Assembly: GCA_039545335.1 (NCBI GenBank)
Contig: BCIN01000001.1
Coordinates: 2,353,129 to 2,417,128 of the forward strand
Direction of reading: 5' to 3'
DNA: 64,000 bases
Origin: Kondoa subrosea
Taxonomy: Eukaryota
Shown here: positions 35,265 to 48,990 of the stretch, piece after piece
Layout: each line of letters begins with the position of its first letter
How positions within the stretch are numbered: the first letter of the stretch is position 1
Translations under genes and position numbers: made by a program
The notes under the pieces: model-generated
Database searches by the model: none
Seen by the model: the letters and a program-made list of their open reading frames with translations, nothing else
Told to the model about the DNA's origin: nothing

Positions 35265-36794
35265 ATGTTGCCCATCTCGCAGCGGTCTCCGAAGTCCGTA
35301 TACCAATCATTCTTGTTTCTATCCTTCTTTCTCGTTGCGATGCTCAGCATTCATGTTACCCAAATCCTGGCTCTACCGCTCGCATTGATACCCTTCTTAC
35401 GTCGGAAGTTATTTTGGCCATTCATCGCTCTGACGAAACATCAGTATGCTCTTCTACTCATTTTCATCACTGAAACTTTCGCTCCCACAAAAATCATTTG
35501 GTCTGGGGCTGCAACGGAACAGACGGTTTATCATAATGGTCAATCCACTCGACTCAATCTGCCAATGCATAATGGTCTGTTCTTATGCTCACTTACTCAG
35601 CTACTGTAATTCTGATAGATAATATAGTCACAATCTCGAATCATCAGTTGTATACCGATTGGATGTATATTTGGCTGTTGTGTAATTTCGCTGGCACCGC
35701 AAGCAGTATCGTTATTATACTCAAGGCTTCTTTGAAATGGGTGCCTATAGTCGGTCCAGCTAGTAAGTCTCACCTGTTGATGTCCAAAAACTATTATGAT
35801 TCGATTTCTTTGCTAAAAGTGCAACTTTTCAATTTCGTCGTATGCAAAGCTCTTTGATTCCGTCCTCACATTGCTCTGACAACGCGGTATTTAGTTCCTC
35901 GCTAGGTCTTGGACTGCAGACAGAGGAACTCTCGGGAAACAGCTAGCTAGGATCGGTACTCAGTTGGAGCAGAACAACGAAGCGTTATCTTTGCTCATTT
36001 TCCCTGAAGGAACCGGTCAGTGATCATAGTATGTTCATGACCGTGCCATTTGATTGAGCATTTGACGCAGTAACTAGCCCGAATACCAGACCGAAAAGTG
36101 CTGCGTTTGCGAAGAAGAGCAATCTGGTAAGTATCACCGTCTTATAACAATGTTACATTGCTAAAGAAACAGATCTCTAGGAAGATCTTCGACATTGCTT
36201 GTTACCTCGTTCAACTGGACTCCTATTCTGTCTTCGAGCTCTGGCCGCCAAATTACCAACTTTGCAATTGGTAGACTTGACGATTGGATATGAGGGAATT
36301 CCAGTAGGTGGCTATGGTGAAGACTACTATACAGTGAGCCTATAATGTACTAGTGAGAAGATGGCTGATTGGGGTGTGATACAGCTACGAAGCACTTTTG
36401 AAAGAGGCGAAGCACCACCAGCTATTCATATCCATTATCGAACGCTACCAGTATCTGAAATACCTATTGGCTTATCTTCCTCCACGATCGCAACAGGAGA
36501 AGAACCATCAGAAGAAGAGAGAAAGAAGTTTGAACTTTGGTTAGACAATAGATGGAGAGAAAAAGATGCCCTGCTCGATCGTTTTGTTCGTTTTCTTCTT
36601 TGCCGGAATAAAGGGATGATGCACTGACTATGGAGCAGTACAAGACTGGATCTTTCGCAACAGATGATTCGCAGGTGGTTCTCGACCTGAAACTCACTGA
36701 AAGCGAGCTAGTGATGATGTTTGCGTTGATGACTCCTGGTCTATGGGTGATAATGTACCTATTCATGTCTTTCTGCAACTTGCTCGGATTTTAG
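35265..36794 (+). CDS. Lysophospholipid acyltransferase (PlsC domain, Cst26/LCLAT-like)
   Basis: 'NHQLYTDW', 'ILKASLKWVPIVG', 'FLARSW', 'IFPEGT', 'LLPRSTGL'. Confidence 0.9.
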
Positions 36795-37185
36795 AGCTCG
36801 GTTCTTCAATAGACTGTCACTGTCTTGCGGCATTGAATTACTTTGACCTGAAACCATCATACCAAGCTTTTCACGCAGCAACGCGTAAAGGTGTAGCAGA
36901 TACCCCATCAGAGATCGTACTAGACTCCCTGTCTGTCTCATTCTTCGGTTTGGAAACGGTCTTTACACAAATCGCGCCCAAGCTCTATCCGGTTTTGCAA
37001 TCCTCGAGCATCAACACTGCTTCTGGTTGCTATAGACCTTTATAAGAAGCTGCGACTGAGCAAGGACAAGTAGTCTGCTGAACCATCCAGTCTCTGGTCT
37101 TTCAATTTCAGCTAAGAACACATCGATTTTCCATCAACTACTACTACTCGACCCTTTTCCACTAAGCCTTCTTTCTTTTGCTATC

Positions 37186-38090
37186 ATGTCCATGTCAGCT
37201 ATCAAGTGCGTTGTTGTAGGTAAGGACTTGGGAAAGCTCCAAGGTCAGAGCGTCGGAAAAGCTCATGCTGTTTCTCTTCTCCTAACAAGGCGATGGTGCG
37301 GTTGGCAAGACATGTTTATTGATCAGTTATACAACGGTACGTGTTTCATCGAACAAACATGTACGAGTTCGACTCTAATTATGCTTTTGTTTTTGTTCAG
37401 AATGCCTTTCCGGTTCGCCCTTTTTCCCACTTTGTAATCATTGCTATTCCTAATTATGCCTGGTATCTCAAATAGGGCGAATACATTCCAACAGTCTTTG
37501 ATAATTACTCTGCCAATGTAATGGTAGACGGGAAACCGATAAATTTGGGTCTTTGGGATACAGCAGGTCAAGAAGATTATGATCGCTTGCGACCTCTGTC
37601 TTACCCTCAAACGGACGTTTTCCTTATCTGCTTTTCTCTGGTCTCTCCTCCTTCTTTCGAAAACGTCAAAGGAAAGGTAAGGGATAACACAGTGCTTTCA
37701 GTTCAAAACTGATGGTATAGTTCGTTATTTTGCTTACAGTGGTTACCTGAAATCAATCATCACGCACCAAACATTCCTATTCTCTTGGTTGGCACAAAGC
37801 TTGATCTAAGGGAAGATCAAGATACGATAGCTAAACTGAGAGATCGGAGAATGATGCCTATCCAATATTCGGAAGCGGTACAACTTGCAAAAGAAGTAGG
37901 CGCAGTCAGGTATGTTACTCCTATCTTCCCTCAGAAGTAGCCGATGTACTTATTTTTGCGCGTTAGATACTTGGAATGCTCAGCTTTAACTCAGAAAGGT
38001 CTCAAGAGCGTCTTTGACGAAGCAATTCGAGCTGTCTTGAATCCGCAACCGCGCAAAGAGAAGAAGTCGAGCAAATGCGTGGTGTGTTAG
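37186..38090 (+). CDS. RAC1: Rac small GTPase
   Basis: '[73 protein letters not shown]'; C-terminal CVVC. Confidence 0.97.
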
Positions 38091-38380
38091 AGCGCGAGGA
38101 AGTAGAGTCCGTCGGTTTGGGAGTCGTATTCTAGTATATGCAACCTCAAACAATTCAGTATCTTGTAAATTAAGTCAGCTTTTTTCCATTCTCTCATTGC
38201 AAGTCGTCTAGTATCATGATCAGGATTAGACTCGACTATTAATAATTAATCTGTTGAACGCGATTGGCGACTCTGTTCTTTCCCTTTGTTCTTCCTGGTT
38301 GAAGCAACACGCTCTCAGTCTTCTTATACTTTGCTGTGATTCTTGCTGGTCAACATCTCAGCCGTTCTCGTCTTTTCATC

Positions 38381-40040
38381 ATGCTTTCGTTTTTATGGAT
38401 CATAGCGTGTCTTCCCGCTATTTCAGCTCATGTATTTTACTTTTTGTTGCTCCTGTATGCTCTTGCTTATTCTGTGTACCAGAACTGGCTTCTATACGTA
38501 CGCGAAAGCACAGACATAGCAAAGAGTGCTGCGCTGAATCTGTCATCTGATGATTAGCCTCAACCTCGCACTCCAGGCAAGCTTTACGGCGGTAACTCAG
38601 TACGTCGACACCTTTTCCGAAAGCAGTGATTGTCCGGCTGATCGCTGTACCATTAGCTGGAAACAGACAACTGCGAAAATGGAGATCAATCTGTTCCAGA
38701 AATCAATATTTTCCAGCGAGGTCAACGTATATCAGCTCAACACACATATGCGAATCATATCAGCGGGTTTGTGCGATTTGCAATCTTACCAATGGGTCAA
38801 GAGAATTCTGTTGAAGCCATGAACGATCCGTCAAACTTCTTGTCCATTGGCTGCCATACCGGCACTTGCGGTGGACGTACCAACGATATTGATGATCCAG
38901 TCTACAATTAGTACGCAACTTACTTCGGGTACTCGATGTATGAGTGTTGAGCTGAATGACAATCACAGCTTCGAACCTTATAACCTACCGAAACAAACAG
39001 GCATTCCAGTAGATTTCACTCCCGGTCCACAATTCGGCTGCAATACTAGCGTTCTGTTCCCTTCGACTTTACCAGATGGAGATTATGCTTTGCAATGGTT
39101 AGTTTATGGCATGCGAGGGAACTTTGCACCACATCCTGAAGCGATGGTACGACTGATCTAACTTTGTTGTAAACTGTTGCTAATCAATTTTGCATGATCG
39201 CACAGGCGCTACCTTTCTATCGGTCAGCTTGACTCGCAAAGATGTGTTTTCATATTATGCTCATCGTCTCTTGCAGCAATTGCGCGAACATACGCATTCA
39301 AGGCGGGGCCAAGCTCACACAGAAGCCGACAGGAAAGGCAGCGAAATGTGCATTCGAATTTCATGGCGGCGATCGAGTAAGTCGAGTCCCCTCGTGGATG
39401 TTCGTATCACTGATTGTGCAATTCAGACACTGAGTAAGATTTCGGACGTCAATAACATCAAATCATCAGACCTAGATACAGTGAGTACGGTTCAAGTGCC
39501 CAGTGATAGTCCCTGAACTATATTTTCCTAGTCACAATGTTCTTACTGGCGCTATTCTTCTTTGAACGCGTCCGCAAGTTACTACAACCCTCCTGGATTC
39601 TGGGCTATGGCGGAAGCAGGTCTTCCGCAAACGGACCAAACAGCTTTCCGCGCAGGACCACCTGGTAAGTTCCCATTTGCCTTTCGGTACATTTCGCTAA
39701 ACTCTCTCTCTTTAGCCGAAGTGTTAGCTTGTGGAGGTCATCTGTCCAGCTCGAAACCAAGCTCGAGCCTACTCTCCAACAATGCAACCTATATATCTAG
39801 CAACACAACATCATCAAACACAAACGCAACCATGTCACAATCTGATGTAGCGCCTGGAAGTCAACTCAACGATCTGACTGAGAATGCAAATGAAGAGGAT
39901 GCTACTGTTTTACCTGATACCAAAGTCAAGTGTGCCGGTGGCAAGCACGCGAAAGCTATTCGCAAAAGAGTGTACTTTGGAAACCATTGTGAGCTCGCTT
40001 TTGCTGCCTGATGCTAGCACTCATATCATGTCCGTCAGAG
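38381..40040 (+). CDS. Secreted LPMO-like (histidine-brace) protein
   Basis: Signal peptide ...PAISA|H-NWLLYPQPR; second His in 'ANHISGFVRFAILP'; 'LPDGDYALQW'; 'FYRNCANIRIQGG'; S/N/T-rich tail. Confidence 0.7.
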
Positions 40041-40158
40041 AACGGCGCTCTTCCTGTGTATGGCGTTCTCTGGTTGTTTAGATTGTGGATACTTGGATAC
40101 TGGGTAAACATGCTGGTATTACATATTGCATTGATATACATTGGGATCAGGCCAACTT

Positions 40159-41778
40159 TCAGCCGAAAACAGGATCTAATATAAGATCATAGCCTCCAGC
40201 ATCTTTCTTGTCTGCCACTCTCGTTGGAGCGGAAGGTGAAGCATAAGGTTTTGATTTCCTTTGGCTCAGGAATCAGCTCTGTACTGCTTGATCGCCAAAT
40301 AAAACGTACTTCTCGCCCGCTGCCTGCGAAGGAAAGCTTTGAAACGCTTCGGGATGCTTGGGTAGCGGCGATTCGCTGTTTAGACTAAGACTGAGAAACG
40401 ATTAATCGAGTAATTACTTTAAACTCACGAGAACCAAGAATGATTGAATCCTTCTTGAGCTGTACATCTTCTATCTGGATCGTAGCAAAGTAGTTTACCC
40501 ATTAGATCGAGACCAGCTTCGGTCGTATGCCTGAATTTCTGCCGTAATTGCGAGAATCTGTATGAGACATGTATGAAACAAGTCTAAACCGTAGATTTGA
40601 TGACATACGGTTGTATAGCTTGCAAATTGAACGATTTCGCATTAGGCAGCTTCTCAAATCCAGGCCAGATGTCGTCATTTGGTCTACCGAGCAACTTGAA
40701 GATTTTGTTCACTTGATCGATTTCACCCTTTCCGGGCACCAAAGGCTCTTTTAATATCAGTTCTCCCATAATACAGCCTATGGACCAAATATCGACCGCT
40801 GTTGAGTATTCCGTTGCGCCGAGTAAGAGTTCCGGTGCTCTGCAGGCTCAAATTCCAGACACAGGACGTATGGAGAGAGCGAAGAGCTGACCGATACCAC
40901 AGTGTCACTACAAGCTGTGTCATATCTCCCAATGGATCGCCATACGTCCGTGCCAAGCCAAAATCAGCGACCTTGATCTGACCACGATTGTTCATGAGCA
41001 AATTTGAAGTTTTGAGATCTCGATGAACGATCCAGTTATCATGACAATAACCAATAGCTGATAAAAGTTGTTTGAGAAGTGTCTTGATTTCAGATGCGAG
41101 AAAAGGTTGAGGCATAACGTGAAGTAAAGTTTTGAGATCGTGCTCTATGAAATCAAAGACCAGGAAAACTCTGTCCTCCAATGAGTATGATGTGAGATCT
41201 AATTCGCAAATAGACGAAGTGAACGCAGACTGACTGTGTGAGAGTATCGCCAACTACTATTTCCCTACACCTGACAATGTTCTCGTGCGCGCTACAAGCC
41301 ATCAACGTCCTGATTTCCCTTAGAGAAGTGATAGGAAAGCCATTCGTTTCTTGCTGCATCTTGAGTTTCTTCAACGCGACTCTATCCCTCACTTGAGCTG
41401 TATGCTCAGCTGAATTGGCCAAACTCGGACGCACACTTCTCCAGTCTCTTTATCTCTTGCTCTCGATACAACACCATACGAGCCTTCTTCAATATGATTC
41501 AACCGTTCAAAGCAATAAACCGATCTGCATCCATACAATCCTGAACCCTGATATTGTTGGTCTCTTCTCTTCCCTCTATTACTCGACGACGATGGCACAG
41601 GTGAAGCAGTCCCGCTACTTCCCTTGTTCTTGAAAGCAGCAAGTTTAGCAGCAGCTTGTTCAGAAGATTGTTTCAATTTCTTTGCTCTTTTCCGCTCAAG
41701 ACTTGCTAAACGATCTTCTTCTATTGCTGCAGAATCATCTGTTTCCCATTTCGAACGCTTTCGTGGGGGTTCACTCAT
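40159..41778 (-). CDS. CDK11: CDK11/PITSLRE-family cyclin-dependent kinase
   Basis: '[27 protein letters not shown]', '[10 protein letters not shown]', '[10 protein letters not shown]', '[14 protein letters not shown]'. Confidence 0.92.
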
Positions 41779-41879
41779 TTTCGCGTGAAGATGGTCGAAA
41801 GAGAGCGGAAAGTAAATAATATACGGCAAAGTAATACATTCGATAATAAATTGACCAAGGTCTCTCATACTCCCAGATC

Positions 41880-43051
41880 TTACTTCTTGGCAAAAGTGAT
41901 CTAAAGGGGCAAGGGAATCAGCTCTCGCTTGAAGAACGGAGAAGTACGATAAGACAAACCTTGATCTTCATATCTTGAATCTTTGTGTTGTGCAAAGCAT
42001 CTCTTGCAGTTGAAGAAGCAGTCTCGTCTTCGTATTCGACGAAAGCAATGTTTTTCCTTCCAGGGATTGTTCGCACTTCGTTCATTTGTGGATACCTGTT
42101 TCCCGCATCGAATCAGTATTTCTGTATGTTGATGGCAAAAGATGATGACATACTGCCTGAACAAAGCTTCCAAAGCTTCCTTTGTGATAGAATCCGGCAA
42201 ATTTTGGATAAAGAGAATCTTGTTGGGCGGTAAGTATTCGTCTGGCATTTGCACAATCTTGCTGCGGGATGGTGCTGTTGTTGCTGCGGCAGGCACGGCT
42301 CCTGGTACTTGACCGGCTGCGGCTGCTTCTTGCATTGCTGTCACTCCTCTTAGATGCAGCTGGAGATTCTAGTAAGAGCGAACAAACCTTTCTTTTCTGC
42401 TATCTTCTTGGCTAGCTCTTTCTTTCTGATAGGGTTATTGCCTCTCGATATACCTGTACGCCAATCCAAGCTATAAACAAGATGGACTTTTGAATGAAGC
42501 TGAAGGACGTACGCTTCCTCTTGAGCCTCTCCTCCTTGTGTGCGTCCATTTCGTCCGGAGTCTTGCGCTTGACTACAGAATCTGCTCTCGTCTTTGCGAA
42601 GCTCAATTGCTGTCACTACAGCGTAAGCGGAATCCAATAAACGAGCGAGCGAAATAGCGAACCATAGCTTTGCCATATAAGGGGAACTTCTGTGCATCCT
42701 TGATCGCTCGTTCTGCCGATTCCTTGGTATCCATTGCAACAAAGGCCTGCCCTCTCATTCGCACGTTCGCATGAGCTACTACATCCAGCACTGGTCCAAA
42801 GTTCCTGAAGAGATTTCGAAGTGTTTGCTTGAGGACTGTTCGACCAAAAGTAGACGCATAAGCACACATAAGTGCTTATCGTTGTGCCACAGCGAACCTT
42901 TGATTTTGACCCTTTCGTTGATGTTCTGCACATAGACTGTTGTGGACTCAGGGTCGCCCTTGATTAATTCCTTCACTTCTGCTGCTTCAGAGGTGCTACC
43001 TTCTTCAGGCTTCACATCCACAGGCGCTGCTGGTGCTTGATCTATATCCAT
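41880..43051 (-). CDS. U1A/U2B'' snRNP protein (two RRMs)
   Basis: RRM1 '[12 protein letters not shown]...MRGQAFV...PLYGKAM'; RRM2 '[14 protein letters not shown]...IAFVEY...ITFAKK*'. Confidence 0.9.
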
Positions 43052-43151
43052 TATCTCTCGTTTCGTTCGAGGACAACCTTGTCCAAGAATTATTTCATTC
43101 TGTTTCTCGCTTTGACAGGCTCGCTCTCGGTCTGCCAGACGAGTCATAAGG

Positions 43152-44799
43152 ATGGCCTACGATGGACTAGGCAAAGGCTTACCAGAAGGCGCCAAACAGC
43201 AGCATGGCAAAAAACTGTCAATCTACCTGCCGCTCGAAGAAGCCAATTCTTCAACCTCGGGGCAGACGGAAGCAGAATGGCTCTTTGCCAATTCTAAATC
43301 AACAGACTCTCCTTTGACAGCACCTCCTTCCCCTTCTCTTATCAATTCAGCTTTCAGAGTACCACCTTCACCTTCAACAGGTTCGCCTGAGAAGAGCGGT
43401 ACATCACATCAGTCATTCAAGAGGATTCATGTGCACTCGCCTTATGAACATCATTCGCTTACTAACAGAAGCCAAGGCACTCTGTTTGGTCTACCCAAAG
43501 AATTGCTCTTGATACTGGATACTCCTGGAATGTGGTTGACTTATTATTTCGTGCGTCTCATCAGTCATCTAGTCACAGAGATGCTTATGAGTCTGATTAG
43601 GTGCTCAACCTTGCCTTGACTCTATACAACAAGTTTGTACTTGTCAAATTCCCTTTTCGTGAGTGTTGCCTCATAAATGTCGTACCTTTCTCCAGCTGAT
43701 GGTCATATTAGCATGGAGTGTAACAGCAATACATACCCTCTGTTCAGCTATCGGATCGTATGGTCTCTTAACCCAAGGTCTTTTCACTCAACAACGCGTC
43801 AATCGAAGGGATTCAATAGTCCTTCTCGCCTTCTCCCTTCTCTACACTGTCAATATAGCAGTATCAAACCTTTCCCTACATCTAGTGACTGTACCAGTGC
43901 ATCAAGTCATTAGAGCAGCTACACCCTTATTCACAATGGCTATCTCCGTCGTATTTCTGCGCAAGAAATATACCCTGAGGATATGTTTGAGTCTGTTACC
44001 TGTAATTGCTGGTGTAGGATTCGCGACGTATGGAGATTATTACGTACGTTCAGTTTCAGTCAACAGTGGTTAGTCTCTAATCTATAAAGGCAGTTTACAG
44101 CAATTGGCTTCTTCCTTACTCTACTTGGAACATTCTTGGCCGCTTTGAAAGGAATAGCGACTTATATGTTGCAAGCTGATCGACTCAAACTAAACCCTCT
44201 TGATTTGCTATTGCGGATGTCGCCACTAGCTTTCGTACAATGTATCTTCTGTACGTCTGCATCTCTCTCGTACTTCCCTATATTCCAGACCTGATGATCG
44301 GGATTGCAGTTGCTTGGAGCTCAGGCGAATTAGCCAAAGTTCGAGATTATTCAGCAACGCAATTAACTCAATCTGGAGCAATGGCTTTGTTCGTTAATGG
44401 ACTAATCGCTTTCTTACTCAATGTGGTCTCCTTTTCTGCGAACAAGAAGACTTCTGCTCTCACTATGACTGTGGCTGCGAATGTGAAACAAGTATTGACG
44501 GTAAGTTTATTTACTCAAAAGAACATAATAAGCACCAAAAGCTGATGAATGATGGTTTGATAGGTCGTTTTGGCTGTTTGGCTTTTCAACCTGAAATTAA
44601 CTCCGTTGAATACATTAGGTATAAGTTTGACAATCTTCGGAGGTCAGGTTTTTTCAATCTATCGAAATGAATCCTGTACTGACAATGAGTTGCCATAGGA
44701 GCATGTTATGGTTGGATCCAATATCAGGATAAGCAGAAGAAACCAGTGGCAGCAGCCAGTTTATCTCCCTTGACGGAAGTAAAGGAAGAAAAGATTTGA
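43152..44799 (+). CDS. Triose-phosphate / nucleotide-sugar transporter family protein
   Basis: 'LTLYNKFVL', 'YTVNIAVSNLSLHLVTVPVHQVIRAATP', 'LNVVSFSANKKTSALTMTVAANVKQ'. Confidence 0.9.
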
Positions 44800-45169
44800 G
44801 GCATCTGTTTTGGGACTGTAACATAGAGCATTTAGAGTGTTGTCATTGTATGGATAGAGGTGTACTCATACGTGCGCTATGCAACCACTAATGAGTCTGA
44901 TTAGTCAGCAAGTCGCTCTTGGAGTATGACTGAATACACGCCTTCATCAGAGTGATACAGAGATATCTCTGAAGCAGAGCATTGGATGCGCAGTCTACGA
45001 GCGAGAACAGCGCGAATTTCAGGCATTTCGCGATCTGCGAATTTCGAAAAACAACATTGTCACTTTGTCTCAAACCAAACTTATTCTGTGTCAAGAAACA
45101 GCTTGGATCAGTCAATTGGTCATATACAAAGCGACTCTGCCCATTTGCTGCCTCAGGCTGGCCGGGAAC

Positions 45170-48100
45170 ATGATGGACGATGACAGCGAAACTTCTCGCT
45201 CCATAGCTACTTTCAGTTCCATCCGTACTCCTTCTTTGTCAATGCAGCAAGCAGCCTACAAGGAAGCGCCTAAACTCAAATCACCAGTCAAGAAGTCTTC
45301 TAAACTGCGTAGACTGCATGCTGCTGATACAGACATCCATCATACGCGAGTGTCCTTTATTGCCTTTATGCGTTATGCGCCTGACATTGGATGTAGTTTC
45401 TCCAAGGTCTTCAAGAAGAAGGAATTCAGAGGAAGTCAGGAAGAGATCATGAAAGCTGCCGTGAAAGGTTTGGATATAGTAGTAATCGTGAGTCCTTTCG
45501 ACAAGTGCTGCCTTAAGTATCTGAAATGAAGGATAGGCTCCTACTGGGCTAGGTCAGTCCCTGCTTGATTACGTCAATGTTTATGGCGTCGTAATGCTTG
45601 CACAGGCAAATCATTATGCTTTCAAGTTCCAGCTGTAGCGGACAAACACGGAGTGACAGTGAGTCTCTGACAGGTTGATACTGCTCGTATCTGAAATGCT
45701 AACGTTTCTGGGAAAGATCGTCATCAGCCCTTTGATCTGTAAGCGGTTGGTAGGGCTCGTTGTCTTTCCGCTAATAAGCTAAGACAGCTTTGATGCAAAA
45801 TCAAGTTGAAGTACTCAACAAGCTCAAAGTGAAGGCTGCTATGCTGGTTGCCGGTACTCCACAAGCTGAAAGCAAGAAGGTTAGTCTCATGCATTTGCCC
45901 TCGACCTTCATTCACATCGAGGCTAGATCATGCGCGATCTTTTGTGCGGTCATCCTAAAACTAGGTTACTATACGTCACTCCCGAACGAATGGCAACTCC
46001 ATCCTTTCAGAAGAAATTAATGATTTGCTATGCCCAGAATGAACTTGCTCGGTTTGTTATCGATGAGGCGCATTGCATCAGCGAATGGGGTCAAAGTTAG
46101 TCCACTCCTCTCTTTGTAAACGTACTGCTGCTGAAGGACATCGCAGCGTTCAGAAAAGCTTATGCTAATCTTGGCTTACTCCGCGACATGTACCCTCGTG
46201 TTCCCATTATGGCTTTGACCGCAAGTGCGACCGAGATGGTCATCGAGAACATTATCGACAGCTTGTCTCTCGATCCCAGTTATTTATACAAAGCTATGCA
46301 CCCTTTCAACCGAGCAAATCTGTTTTACGAAGTGAGTCCTTGATTTCAAAGTCACATTCAAGATCTGATCAGCAACGATAGGTTCGCTATGTCAGCGATA
46401 GAGCGGACCATCGCATGAACGACATTGCCGATTTTATACAAAAGCTATATCGTACCAAAGCGGAGAAGAAAGGTGTTGTGGAAGACGACAGCAGTCGCAA
46501 CATTACTGGCATCATTTATTGTCGATCCAAAACCAACTGCGATGCTGTAGCTAGCTTTCTGAAAAGTAAAGGCATCAACGCGGCTGCGTATCACCGTGGA
46601 ATGAAAGATGATGCTGCTAAGAATGCTCAAGATCGATGGATGAACAGTCAGATTTTAGCCGAGAAGGGTAAACCTAGGATCGATTGTATTGGTCAGTCTC
46701 GCGGATCGTGCTTAAACTACACTCATATCGAGATGACAGTTGCTACGATTGCCTTTGGGTGAACAATATCGCTGAGAACTTCTTCAAACAGTCACTGACC
46801 TATAAATCGTCACAGCATGGGCATTGATAAAGACAATGTGCGCTATGTCATACATTACGATCTGCCCAAATCGTTCGAAGGGTATGTCGAAAATCAATCG
46901 CGGACTTGATGAAAGTTGATGTCATAAACAGGTACTATCAAGAAACGGGTAGAGCAGGTCGAGATGGGCATGCTTCAAGAGGTCTGTACTCTCAATTTGT
47001 GAAGGAAAGAAATTGAAGTTTTGAGCAGTCTTGATGTATTATTCGAAAGAGGATGAAGTGAGAGTTACTTACTATGCAACCAAAAGCGCAGAGCAACTGG
47101 CTAAAGACGAAGAAGTCTCACCCAAGAACTTGAAGCAGCATGCCCAGTACAGTATCAGAGAAGTGAGCTGAAAGCTAACGGAATCGATATTGTCAAGGCT
47201 AATTGCGGTTTGAAGTTGATGAAATACGTCAAAGGTAAGACTGATCGTCCGACTCTGTGTATCAATTTGACGGGTCTGCAGACTCCAAAACGTGCCGACA
47301 TGTCGCGATCTGCCGCTACTTTGGTGAGCTGGTCGATGATTCCGATTCCGCTCGTTTGTGTCAGAAAATGTGTGATGTTTGGTCAGCTACCTGGCAACTT
47401 ACCTAGAAATTATCTGACAAGTCTCTTAGTAAAACTCCTCAAAAGGTTCAAGAAGGTGCCAGTGGCATTTCAGCAGCTGAATTTTCACCTCAAGCTACTC
47501 AACGCTTCGTCAATGAAGCTCACGAACAAGCCGCAGAAGCTGATCATCCAATTCCTATGCCAGCAATCGCGGAAGAATTATCTGATTCAGAAGGAGAAGA
47601 CTTTGGTGAAAACGTAGCAGCTGCAGAAGATATGGATTTGGATGAGCTCGAAGAAGCTATTCGCTCACCTGTTGCAAAAGCGCCTGTAGCTGGTCCTTCC
47701 AAACCTCCGAAAACAATACAGCCCGCGACCAAGGCTAAGCCAAATCGCTTTGCACGCACCAAAAGCGATGATGAAGATCATTTACCTTCCGTAACTCAAG
47801 CTACAGCTCCAATACTATCTGGATATCGTCTGGGTACCTCTTTCAAAGCTCCAACAATGCTCACGACCCAAGGAAAGGGCAAAGGCAAGGCTAAGCTGCA
47901 AGAGTCCAGCGATGATGAGCCTATCATCTCGAAGAGCGCATCGAAGAAAAGCAAGGTACTTTCCAAAGTAGCTCAACTAGCGGCCAAGAAGCGAAAAGCA
48001 GCTGTCTCCGAGGCTGAAGAAGACGAGATTGTTTCTTTGTCAGGCCCGCCGTTGAAAAGTGCTCGCAATATTACAGCTCCTGCTAAGAAAGGCAAAACTG

Positions 48101-48834
48101 CTTTCAAAGCACCATTTAAGGAGAATGCGGACCCGCGACAGGCTGGAAGGCTCAAACCTGCTTCGCAAGCTACTTGTATGTTGTCAATTTCATGATGATC
48201 TTCTAGCTAATCATTCTCTGAAGCTTCTGAACATCCCTCTCCACCATCCCGTTTCAATCTTGTGCCATCTGAATCAATCTACTCGAAACCCATTGCTGCC
48301 GAAGTGCGACATCAAGCGGTCGTGTCTCTCGATAAGCATTTGTGTCAAGCATTGTTGGCTCGTTATGGTTTACGAACGAAGAAGGATGAAGGTCAGAAAC
48401 ACGCAACGATGTCACATCCAAGCTGATATCCCCCACAGCCCTTATATTTGCAGCACTCGATCTATCAAGCCTGTCTCACGAGCAGAAGTTCGTTATTTTC
48501 CTCTCGTTCTTGTCTCGCTGACCACAATCTAGACGCGATATCATTCTGGAGACAGCTACAGATATCGAGGTAACTTTCACCATGTCCACTTTCTTTTCAA
48601 GTGCTGAGCATTAAGTTACAGTCTGACTGTTTCTGGACAATCTTGACTGCATCAGGCTACAAAGATGCTATTGCGAAGAGCACAAGTCATGTGCAAGTCT
48701 TGACAGAGGATACGAGCTGGTACACTGGGTCAGAGATCGCTCTTGAAGTCGATGTGCCCGGCTACCTGTCAGTCGTTCGAAATCTTGGACATTACAGAGA
48801 TCTAAAGATTGTGACAGCGAGGTTCAAGCTCTAA
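45170..48834 (+). CDS. RecQ-family DNA helicase (short N-terminus, RECQL5-like architecture)
   Basis: '[14 protein letters not shown]', '[12 protein letters not shown]', 'MALTASAT', 'GIIYCRSK', 'ATIAFGMGIDK', '[12 protein letters not shown]'; Zn site '[12 protein letters not shown]...CQKMCDVC'. Confidence 0.92.
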
Positions 48835-48990
48835 TCAGGATTGTCAACCGTCATGCACGCGCAGAAGGAGAACGCAGCGATTGAATGACACTACTCGCGA
48901 CAAATGTGAACATACACAAATAGTTGCTTCTGCCCTGCTTCTCTCTACGGCCACTTGAGCTCCGTTATACCCGTTTGCCTGATTCAGTAG

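Noticed and set aside
41779..41880. U1A autoregulatory element (AUUGCAC) in the 3' UTR
   Set aside because: The motif is not present on the coding strand.
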